Positions 47,901 through 60,100 of a DNA stretch of 64,000 nucleotides are shown here, piece after piece (position 1 is the stretch's first letter; each line of letters starts with the position of its first letter). The notes under the pieces are model-generated. The model was not told the DNA's origin and ran no database searches. It worked only from the letters and a program-made list of their open reading frames with translations. This stretch comes from Eledone cirrhosa. Lineage: Eukaryota. The DNA lies in assembly GCA_964016885.1 (NCBI GenBank), contig OZ024740.1:435054001-435118000 (forward strand). Reading direction: 5' to 3'. A program made the position numbers and the translations under genes.

Positions 47901-50900
47901 AATATAGACCACCAAACCTTTTAGACACCCCAATATAGTCCACCAACCCTTTTAGACACCCCAATATAGTCCAGCAACCCTTTTAGACACCCCAATATAG
48001 ACCACCAACTCTTTTAGACACCCCAATATAGACCACCAACCCTTTTAGACACCCCAATATAGACCACCAACCCTTTTAGACACCCCAATATAGACCACCA
48101 ACCCTTTCAGACACCCCAATATAGTCCACCAACCCTTTTAGACACCCCAATATAGACCACCAACCCTTTTAGACACCCCCATATAGACCACCAACCCTTT
48201 TAGACACCCCAATATAGACCACCAACTCTTTTAGACACCCCAATATAGACCACCAACTCTTTTAGACACCCCAATATAGACCACCAACCCTTTTAGACAC
48301 CCCAATATAGACCACCAACCCTTTTAGACACCCCAATATAGTCCACCAACCCTTTTAGACACCCCAATATAGTCCACCAACCCTTTTAGACACCCCAATA
48401 TAGACCACCAACTCTTTTAGACACCGCAATATAGACCACCAACTCTTTTAGACACCCCAATATAGACCACCAACCCTTTCAGACATCCCATTATAGACCA
48501 CCAAACCTTTTAGACACCCCAATATAGTCCACCAACGCTTTTAGACACCCCAATATAGACCACCAACCCTTTCAGACATCCCAATATAAGCCACCAACCC
48601 TTTTAGACACCCCAATATAGACCACCAACTCTTTTAGACAGGCCAATATAGACCACCAACCCTTTTAGACATCCCAATATAGACCACCAACCCTTTTAGA
48701 CACCCCAATATAGACCACCAACCCTTTTAGACATCCCAATATAGACCACCAACCCTTTTAGACACCCCAATATAGACCACCAAACCTTTTAGACATCCCA
48801 TTATAGACCACCAAACCTTTTAGACACCCCAATATAGTCCACCAACCCTTTTAGAAACCCCAATATAGACCACCAAACCTTTTAGACACCCCAATATAGA
48901 CCACCAACCCTTTTAGACATCCCAATATAGACCACCAACCCTTTTAGACACCCCAATATAGACCACCAACCCTTTTAGACACCCCAATATAGACCACCAA
49001 CCCTTTTAGACATCCCAATATAGTCCACCAACCCTTTTAGACACCCCAATATAGACCACCAAACCTTTTAGACACCCCAATATAGTCCACTAACCCTTTT
49101 AGATACCCCAATATAGACCACCAAACCTTTTAGACACCCCAATATAGACCACCAAACCTTTTAGACACCCCAATATAGTCCACTAACCTTTTTAGACACC
49201 CCAATATAGTCCACCAACCCTTTTAGACACCCCAATATAGTCCACCAACCCTTTTAGACACCCCAATATAGACCACCAAACATTTTAGACACCCCAATAT
49301 AGACCACCAACCCTTTTAGACATCCCAATATAGACCACCAACCCTTTTAGACACCCCAATATAGTCCACCAACCCTTTTAGACACCCCAATATAGACCAC
49401 CAACTCTTTTAGACACCCCAATATAGTCCACCAACTCTTTTAGACACCCCAATATAGACCACCAACTCTTTTAGACACCCCAATATAGACCACCAACTCT
49501 TTTAGACACCCCAATATAGACCACCAACTCTTTTAGACACCCCAATATAGACCACCAACTCTTTTAGACACCCCAATATAGACCACCAACTCTTTTAGAC
49601 ACCCCAATATAGACCACCAACTCTTTTAGACACCCCAATATAGTCCACCAACTCTTTTAGACACCCCAATATAGTCCACCAACTCTTTTAGACACCCCAA
49701 TATAGACCACCAACCCTTTTAGACACCCCAATATAGTCCACCAACCCTTTTAGACACCCCAATATAGACCACCAACTCTTTTAGACACCCCAATATAGTC
49801 CACCAACCCTTTTAGACACCCCAATATAGTCCACCAACTCTTTTAGACACCCCAATATAGTCCAACTCTTTTAGACACCCCAATATAGACCACCAACTCT
49901 TTTAGACACCCCAATATAGACCACCAACTCTTTTAGACACCCCAATATAGACCACCAACTCTTTTAGACACCCCAATATAGACCACCAACTCTTTTAGAC
50001 ACCCCAATATAGACCACCAACCCTTTTAGACACCCCAATATAGACCACCAACCCTTTTAGACACCCCAATTTAGACCACCAACTCTTTTAGACACCCCAA
50101 TATAGACCACCAACCCTTTCAGACACCCCAACATAGACCACCAACCCTTTCAGACACCCCAATATAGACCACCAACCCTTTCAGACATCCCAATATAGTC
50201 CACCAACCCTTTTAGACACCCCAACATAGACCACCAACCCTTTCAGACACCCCAATATAGACCACCAACCCTTTCAGACATCCCAATATAGACCACCAAA
50301 CCTTTTAGACACCCCAATATAGTCCACCAACCCTTTTAGACACCCCAATATAGTCCAGCAACCCTTTTAGACACCCCAATATAGACCACCAACTCTTTTA
50401 GACACCCCAATATAGACCACCAACCCTTTTAGACACCCCAATATAGACCACCAACCCTTTTAGACACCCCAATATAGACCACCAACCCTTTCAGACACCC
50501 CAATATAGTCCACCAACCCTTTTAGACACCCCAATATAGACCACCAACCCTTTTAGACACCCCAATATAGACCACCAACCCTTTTAGACACCCCAATATA
50601 GACCACCAACTCTTTTAGACACCCCAATATAGACCACCAACTCTTTTAGACACCCCAATATAGACCACCAACCCTTTTAGACACCCCAATATAGACCACC
50701 AACCCTTTTAGACACCCCAATATAGTCCACCAACCCTTTTAGACACCCCAATATAGTCCACCAACCCTTTTAGACACCCCAATATAGTCCACCAACCCTT
50801 TTAGACACCCCAATATAGTCCACCAACCCTTTTAGACACCCCAATATAGTCCACCAACCCTTTTAGACACCCCAATATAGTCCACCAACCCTTTTAGACA

Positions 50901-52051
50901 CCCCAATATAGACCACCAACTCTTTTAGACACCGCAATATAGACCACCAACTCTTTTAGACACCCCAATATAGACCACCAACCCTTTCAGACATCCCATT
51001 ATAGACCACCAAACCTTTTAGACACCCCAATATAGTCCACCAACCCTTTTAGACACCCCAATATAGACCACCAACCCTTTCAGACATCCCAATATAAGCC
51101 ACCAACCCTTTTAGACACCCCAATATAGACCACCAACCCTTTTAGACACCCCAATATAGTCCACCAACCCTTTTAGACACCCCAATATAGACCACCAACT
51201 CTTTTAGACACCCCAATATAGTCCACCAACCCTTTTAGACACCCCAATATAGTCCACCAACTCTTTTAGACACCCCAATATAGTCCACCAACTCTTTTAG
51301 ACACCCCAATATAGACCACCAACTCTTTTAGACACCCCAATATAGACCACCAACTCTTTTAGACACCCCAATATAGACCACCAACTCTTTTAGACACCCC
51401 AATATAGACCACCAACCCTTTTAGACACCCCAATATAGACCACCAAACCTTTTAGACACCCCAATATAGACCACCAAACCTTTTAGACACCCCAATATAG
51501 ACCACCAACCCTTTTAGACATCCCAATATAGACCACCAACCCTTTCAGACACCCCAATATAGACCACCAACCCTTTTAGACACCCCAATATAGACCACCA
51601 ACCCTTTCAGACACCCCAATATAGACCACCAACCCTTTTAGACACCCCAATATAGACCACCAACCCTTTCAGACACCCCAATATAGACCACCAACCCTTT
51701 TAGACACCCCAATATAGACCACCAACCCTTTCAGACACCCCAATATAGACCACCAACCCTTTTAGACACCCCAATATAGACCACCAACCCTTTCAGACAC
51801 CCCAATATAGACCACCAACCCTTTTAGACACCCCAATATAGACCACCAACCCTTTCAGACACCCCAATATAGACCACCAACCCTTTTAGACACCCCAATA
51901 TAGACCACCAAACCTTTTAGACACCCCAATATAGACCACCAACCCTTTTAGACACCCCAATATAGACCACCAAACCTTTTAGACACCCCAATATAGACCA
52001 CCAACCCTTTTAGACACCCCAATATAGACCACCAAACCTTTCAGACACCCC
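38950..52051. repeat. Satellite B: 31-bp tandem repeat, about 420 copies
   Basis: Consensus ACCACCAACCCTTTTAGACACCCCAATATAG. Recurrent variant sites AACCC/AAACC/AACTC, TTTAG/TTCAG, ACCCC/ATCCC, TAGAC/TAGTC; unit length almost invariant. Confidence 0.99.
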
Positions 52052-52331
52052 ACCTCAGACTATCCTCCTGGATGTGATATCCTTGACCTGTCATTGACAT
52101 CAGACATATAGAAAAATACATATATAAACCAGTAAAGAGAATATAAAATATAGAAACAATAAAATCTAATATTTTTATCAGAAACATGTCCAGGCAAGTT
52201 GTGTTATATGGTAGTGTTTTATATTTTATTTCTTGGACAAATGTCAGGTTTTGGCCCAAATCTTCAATCAACCCTCTGAGTTGTCACATTGGACCATGAG
52301 GTTCAACATTGACTAATTTAGAGAACCCTGG

Positions 52332-52525
52332 TCTATGTGGTCAGAACTGACTAGATGAAAAACAGTACCACCAACAACAGGGCCCCCTACTCTGTGTGGT
52401 CAGAACTGACCAGAGGAGAAAGAACAATGCCAGTACCATCTGACAGACTGTAAAACACTGTCAGCCAGATGGTACCGTCAGTCAGATGGTACTGGTCAGT
52501 CAGTTGGTACTGGTCAGTCAGAACA
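52332..52525. repeat. Small cluster of direct and inverted repeats
   Basis: TCTrTGTGGTCAGAACTGACyAGA twice (~52332, 52391); 18-bp GTCAGTCAGATGGTACTG-like unit about 3.5 times (52460-52522); CCAGTACCATCTGACAGAC (52430-52448) is an 18/19 inverted match to 52477-52495. Confidence 0.8.
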
Positions 52526-52753
52526 GAACAGTAGTATGTAGTTTGTCTTTCATCTATAATTTGATAAATTAAAATGAAACCACTTCTACTGACCAACAGC
52601 TTCAAACATAACCTTACTTCTGGTCACTATAGAAACAGACAGCCATAATCAATCTATAGTAATCAATATCTCCTATTTACTGTAATACAAACATGGAACC
52701 ATTGCTAGACTTGCTGGCTACTGGCTTGAAATATCTTTATTTCATTGTTTTAC

Positions 52754-53155
52754 TCTTCTTCTTCTTCCAGCTGTTTCAACAGAAATTAATAATTTGGGTG
52801 AAATCTTCTCCAAATTATTTCTGAGAGCATCGTGGAGGCAGAGTCCTCAAACACTCCTTCCAATGGGTCCTCACAGAAGCAACCCTTCCAATGGGTTCTC
52901 ACAGAAGCAACCCTTCCAATGGGTCCTCACAGAAGCAACCCTTCCAATGGGTTCTCACAGAAGCAACCCTTCCAATGGGTCCTCACAGAAGCAACCCTTC
53001 CAATGGGTCCTCACAGAAGCAACCCTTCCAATGGGTCCTCACAGAAGCAACTGTCAGCAACTGATTCGGCTGGATCCCCAAGCAAGATCAGCTAAGTTCA
53101 TGGATGTTATCCAACCATCTTGCTCGGAGGTCTGCCCCTGGGTTTCCTGTATTTT
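52754..53155 (-). pseudogene. 3' end of a second RTE-clade LINE copy with (GAA)n-like tail, interrupted by a 28-bp expansion
   Basis: Minus strand translates (one small frameshift, repeat collapsed) as RKPRGRP/RARWLDNIHELS*SCLGIQPNQLLTVASVRTHWKECLRTLPPRCSQK*. Clear nucleotide homology to 38250-38385 (GAGCAAGATrGTTGGATAACATC; GTTGCTTCTG..AGGACCCA; GAGTGTTTGAGGACT). Confidence 0.88.
52856..53051. repeat. 28-bp minisatellite, 7 copies, inside the LINE remnant
   Basis: CCTTCCAATGGGTyCTCACAGAAGCAAC x7 (196 bp); copies 2 and 4 carry T, the rest C. Confidence 0.98.
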
Positions 53156-53469
53156 CAGTGAAATCCTTAACTATAATTGGTTCAAAGCATTACTTTCTTC
53201 CATGTTAAGGCAGACCAACCAATATAGAATCTTTCATCAAGTTATAATCCTTTCATGTATGGCCAACTTGAAAAAGGAGCCCTGTGTGGTGGGGTGTCTG
53301 TTGTAGCAGGGGGTGTCTGGCTATTCTCCATGGCAATCCCCTTTGCTATTTTGTCTGTGGGGCATGGCTGAAGCACCGTTCAGACTGGGGTGTAGTATCT
53401 GTCCCTCTCCATTTCTTTCGTTGCTTGATTCTTTTTCTTCTTTTCATTTCCTTTTTTTGTTCCCCTTAA

Positions 53470-53688
53470 CCCTTTAGTACACACATTACTCTATATTTAC
53501 TACTGTCTTTTCGCAGTAAACATTTTACCTCATAATTATCTCACTCAATATCGAATCTATGAGATTTTGATATTATCTATTTTAAAAACAATACCTTAAT
53601 GTTGGTATGAGTGGCCGGTTATAGCCAGTTTGAACAGAAAGAGGTGAAAGAATTCTGGCCGGATATGGCCAGTTTAACTGCTAAAGGG
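53470..53688. mobile_element. piggyBac-like MITE of a second family (219 bp)
   Basis: TTAA|CCCTTTAG ... CTAAAGGG|TTAA with TTAA duplication at 53466-53469 and 53689-53692; interior differs from the 37854 MITE. Confidence 0.85.
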
Positions 53689-54146
53689 TTAATAGTGTTT
53701 AGTTTTTGTACCCTCTATGTGTCTGTCCTAACTAATTTACCTCAAGACAAATGACCCCTACAGTGTTCTGCTGACAGGACAGTGTAGCTGCCACACATGC
53801 ATTTGTGGCAGACAAAATCCCTTCACCCATCCAAAAGGTCAGTAAGGAAGATTTTGGGAAATATTAAAAGGGGTGGTATCAGGGGGCTATTGAAAGGGTT
53901 AAGTAAATTAAAAATCAAAGGTGAATAGAGAATGTTTCACATCACAGTTGATAAAAATCAGCAAATACAAATATATAATTCTTCTTAAGGTGTTGTACGT
54001 CTGCAACTAGACTGTAATTTGATAGTGACCATAACCACTTTTTGGACAATGTTCTGCTTAGAAGGAGACAGTTGACACAATAACAGATTGGAGGTATTTT
54101 ATTACATTAGTTTGCCCTATTTTGTCAGTTTAGATAGATATGTCTC

Positions 54147-57100
54147 AGATGGTTGGGGTGATGTCACTGTTTAGTACACACCATATACACCAGATGATTG
54201 TGATGTCACTGTTTAGTACACACCATATACACCAGATGATTGTGATGTCACTGTTTAGTACACACCAGATACACCAGATGATTGTGATGTCACTGTTTAG
54301 TACACACCATATACACCAGATGATTGTGATGTCACTGTTTAGTACACACCATATACACCAGATGATTGTGATGTCACTGGTTAGTACACACCATATACAC
54401 CAGATGATTGTGATGTCACTGTTTAGTACACACCATATACACCAGATGATTGTGATGTCACTGTTTAGTACACACCATATACACCAGATGATTGTGATGT
54501 CACTGTTTAGTACACACCAGATACACCAGATGATTGTGATGTCACTGTGTTTAGTACACACCATATACACCAGATGATTGTGATGTCACTGTTTAGTACA
54601 CACCAGATACACCAGATGATTGTGATGTCACTGTGTTTAGTACACACCATATACACCAGATGATTGTGATGTCACTGTTTAGTACACACCAGATACACCA
54701 GATGATTGTGATGTCACTGTGTTTAGTACACACCAGATACACCAGATGATTGTGATGTCACTGTGTTTAGTACACACTATATACACCAGATGATTATGAT
54801 GTCACTGTTTAGTACACACCAGATACACCAGATGATTGTGATGTCACTGTGTTTAGTAGACACCAGATACACCAGATGATTGTGATGTCATGTGTTTAGT
54901 ACACACCAGACATATCACATGATTGTGATGTCACTGTGTTTAGTACACACCAGATACACCAGATGATTGTGATGTCACTGTGTTTAGTACACACCAGATA
55001 CACCAGATGATTGTGATGTCATGTGTTTAGTACACACCAGATACACCAGATAATTGTGATGTCATGTGTTTAGTACACACCAGATACACCAGATAATTGT
55101 GATGTCACTGTGTTTAGTACACACCAGATACACCAGATGATTGTGATGTCACTGTGTTTAGTACACACCATATACACCAGATGATGGTGATGTCACTGTG
55201 TTTAGTACACACCAGATACACCAGATGATTGTGATGTCACTGTGTTTAGAACACACCAGACACACCAGATGATTGTGATGTCACTGTATTTAGTACACAC
55301 CATATACACCAAATGATGGTGATGTCACTGTGTTTAGTACACACCAGATGATTGTGATGTCACTGTGTTTAGAACACACCAGACACACCAGATGATTGTG
55401 ATGTCACTGTGTTTAGTACACACCTGACACACCAGATGATGGTGATGTCACTGTGTTTAGTACACACCAGACACACCAGATGATTGTGATGTCACTGTGT
55501 TTAGAACACACCAGACACACCAGATGATTGTGATGTCACTGTATTTAGTACACACCATATACACCAGATGATGGTGATGTCACTGTGTTTAGTACACACC
55601 AGATACACCAGATGATTGTGATGTCACTGTGTTTAGAACACACCAGACACACCAGATGATTGTGATGTCACCGTATTTAGTACACACCATATACACCAGA
55701 TGATGGTGATGTCACTGTGTTTAGTACACACCAGATACACCAGATGATTATGATGTCACTGTGTTTAGTACACATCAGACACACCAGATGATTGTGATGT
55801 CACTGTATTTAGTACACACCATATACACCAGATGATTGTGATGTCACTGTATTTAGTACACACCATATACACCAGATGATGGTGATGTCACTGTGTTTAG
55901 TACACACCAGATACACCAGATGATTGTGATGTCACTATGTTTAGTACACACCAGATACACCAGATGATTGTGATGTCACTGTGTTTAGTACACACCAGAT
56001 GATTGTGATGTCACCGTGTGTAGTACACACCAGACACACCAGATGATTGTGATGTCACTGTGTTTAGTACACACCAGATACACCAGATGATTGTGATGTC
56101 ACTGTATTTAGTACACACCAGATACACCAGATGATTGTGATGTCACTGTGTTTAGTACACACCACACACACCAGATGATTGTGATGTCACTGGTTAGTAC
56201 ACACCAGATACACCAGATGATGGTGATGTCACTGTGTTTAGTACACACCAGATACACCAGATGATTGTGATGTCACTGTGTTTAGTACACACCATATACA
56301 CCAGATGATTGTGATGTCACTGTGTTTAGTACACACCATATACACCAGATGATTGTGATGTCACTGTGTTTAGTACACACCAGATACACCTGATGATTGT
56401 GATGTCACTGTGTTTAGTACACACCAGATACACCAGATGATTATGATGTCACTGTTTAGTACACACCAGATACACCAGATGATTGTGATGTCACTGTGTT
56501 TAGTACACACCATATACACCTGATGATTGTGATGTCACTGTGTTTAGTACACACCAGATACACCAGATGATTATGATGTCACTGTTTAGTACACACCAGA
56601 TACACTAGATGATTGTGATGTCACTGTGTTTAGTACACACCAGATACACCAGATGATTGTGATGTCATGTGTTTAGTACACACCAGACATATCAGATGAT
56701 TGTGATGTCACTGTTTAGTACACACCATATACACCAGATGATTGTGATGTCACTGTGTTTAGTACACACCAGATACACCAGATGATTGTGATGTCACTGT
56801 GTTTAGTACACACCAGATACACCAGATGATTGTGATGTCATGTGTTTAGTACACACCAGATGATTGTGATGTCATGTGTTTAGTACACACCAGATGATTG
56901 TGATGTCACTGTGTTTAGTACACACCAGATACACCAGATGATTGTGATGTCACTGTGTTTAGTACACACCAGACACACCAGATGATTGTGATGTCATGTG
57001 TTTAGTACACACCTGACACACCAGATGATTGTGATGTCACTGTGTTTAGTACACACCATATACACCAGATGATTGTGATGTCACTGTGTTTAGTACACAC

Positions 57101-60100
57101 CAAATACACCAGATGATTGTGATGTCACTGTGTTTAGTACACACCAGACACACCAGATGATTGTGATTTCACTGTGTTTAGTACACACCCGACACACCAG
57201 ATGATTGTGATGTCACTGTGTTTAGTACACACCAGACACACCAGATGATTGTGATGTCACTGTGTTTAGTACACACCAGACACACCAGATGATTGTGATG
57301 TCACTGTGTTTAGTACACACCAGACACACCAGATGATTGTGATGTCACTGTGTTTAGTACACACCAGACACACCAGATGATTGTGATGTCACTGTGTTTA
57401 GTACACACCATATACACCAGATGATTGTGATGTCACTGTGTTTAGTACACACCAGATACACCAGATGATTGTGATGTCAGTGTTTAGTACACACCAGATA
57501 CACCAGATGATTGTGATGTCACTGTGTTTAGTACACACCAGATACACTAGGTGATTGTGATGTCACTGTGTTTAGTACACACCAGACACACCAGATGATT
57601 GTGATGTCACTGTGTTTAGTACACACCAGACACACCAGATGATTGTGATGTCACTGTTTAGTACACACCATATACACCAGATGATTGTGATGTCACTGTG
57701 TTTAGTACACACCAGACACACCAGATGATTGTGATGTCACTGTGTTTAGTACACACCAGATACACCAGATGATGGTGATGTCAGTTTAGTACACACCAGA
57801 TGATTGTGATGTCATGTGTTTAGTACACACCAGATGATTGTGATGTCACTGTGTTTAGTACACACCAGATAAAGCAGATGATGGTGATGTCACTGTGTTT
57901 AGTACACACCAGATACACCAGATGATTGTGATGTCACTGTGTTTAGAACACACCAGACACACCAGATGATTGTGATGTCACTGTATTTAGTACACACCAT
58001 ATACACCAGATGATGGTGATGTCACTGTGTTTAGTACACACCAAATACACCAGATGATTGTGATGTCACTGTGTTTAGAACACACCAGACACACCAGATG
58101 ATTGTGATGTCACTGTGTTTAGTACACACCTGACACACCAGATGATGGTGATGTCACTGTGTTTAGTACACACCAGACACACCAGATGATTGTGATGTCA
58201 CTGTGTTTAGAACACACCAGACACACCAGATGATTGTGATGTCACTGTATTTAGTACACACCATATACACCAGATGATGGTGATGTCACTGTGTTTAGTA
58301 CACACCAGATACACCAGATGATTGTGATGTCACTGTGTTTAGAACACACCAGACACACCAGATGATTGTGATGTCACCGTATTTAGTACACACCATATAC
58401 ACCAGATGATGGTGATGTCACTGTGTTTAGTACACACCAGATACACCAGATGATTATGATGTCACTGTGTTTAGAACACATCAGACACACCAGATGATTG
58501 TGATGTCACTGTATTTAGTACACACCATATACACCAGATGATTGTGATGTCACTGTATTTAGTACACACCATATACACCAGATGATGGTGATGTCACTGT
58601 GTTTAGTACACACCAGATACACCAGATGATTGTGATGTCACTATGTTTAGTACACACCAGATACACCAGATGATTGTGATGTCACTGTGTTTAGTACACA
58701 CCAGACACACCAGATGATTGGGATGTCACTGTGTGTAGTACACACCAGACACACCAGATGATTGTGATGTCACTGTGTTTAGTACACACCAGATACACCA
58801 GATGATTGTGATGTCACTGTATTTAGTACACACCAGATACACCAGATGATTGTGATGTCACTGTGTTTAGTACACACCACACACACCAGATGATTGTGAT
58901 GTCACTGGTTAGTACACACCAGATACACCAGATGATTGTGATGTCACTGTGTTTAGTACACACCAGATACACCAGATGATTGTGATGTCACTGTGTTTAG
59001 TACACACCATATACACCAGATGATTGTGATGTCACTGTTTAGTACACACCAGATACACCAGATGATTGTGATGTCACTGTGTTTAGTACACACCATATAC
59101 ACCTGATGATTGTGATGTCACTGTGTTTAGTACACACCAGATACACCAGATGATTGTGATGTCATGTGTTTAGTACACACCAGACATATCAGATGATTGT
59201 GATGTCACTGTTTAGTACACACCATATACACCAGATGATTGTGATGTCACTATGTTTAGTACACACCAGATACACCAGATGATTGTGATGTCACTGTGTT
59301 TAGTACACACCAGATACACCAGATGATTGTGATGTCATGTGTTTAGAACACACCAGATGATTGTGATGTCATGTGTTTAGTACACACCAGATGATTGTGA
59401 TGTCACTGTGTTTAGTACACACCAGATACACCAGATGATTGTGATGTCACTGTGTTTAGTACACACCAGACACACCAGATGATTGTGATGTCATGTGTTT
59501 AGTACACACCTGACACACCAGATGATTGTGATGTCACTGTGTTTAGTACACACCATATACACCAGATGATTGTGATGTCACTGTGTTTAGTACACACCAG
59601 ATACACCAGATGATTGTGATGTCACTGTGTTTAGTACACACCAGACACACCAGATGATTGTGATTTCACTGTGTTTAGTACACACCTGACACACCAGATG
59701 ATTGTGATGTCAGTGTTTAGTACACACCAGATACACCAGATGATTGTGATGTCACTGTGTTTAGTACACACCAGATACACTAGGTGATTGTGATGTCACT
59801 GTGTTTAGTACACACCAGACACACCAGATGATTGTGATGTCACTGTGTTTAGTACACACCAGACGCACCAGATGATTGTGATGTCACTGTTTAGTACACA
59901 CCAGACACACCAGATGATTGTGATGTCACTGTGTTTAGTACACACCAGATACACCAGATGATGGTGATGTCAGTTTAGTACACACCAGATACACCAGATG
60001 ATTGTGATGTCACTGTGTTTAGTACACACCAGATACACCAGATGATTGTGATGTCACTGTGTTTAGTACACACCAGATACACCAGATGATTGTGATGTCA

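Noticed and set aside
52794-53306. 170-aa and 87-aa ORFs as genes
   Set aside because: Antisense to a LINE remnant and lengthened by a stop-free 28-bp repeat; non-ATG starts.
54140-54577. 145-aa and 141-aa repetitive ORFs on both strands
   Set aside because: Artefact of stop-free 42-bp units; the frame breaks as soon as 44-bp units begin.
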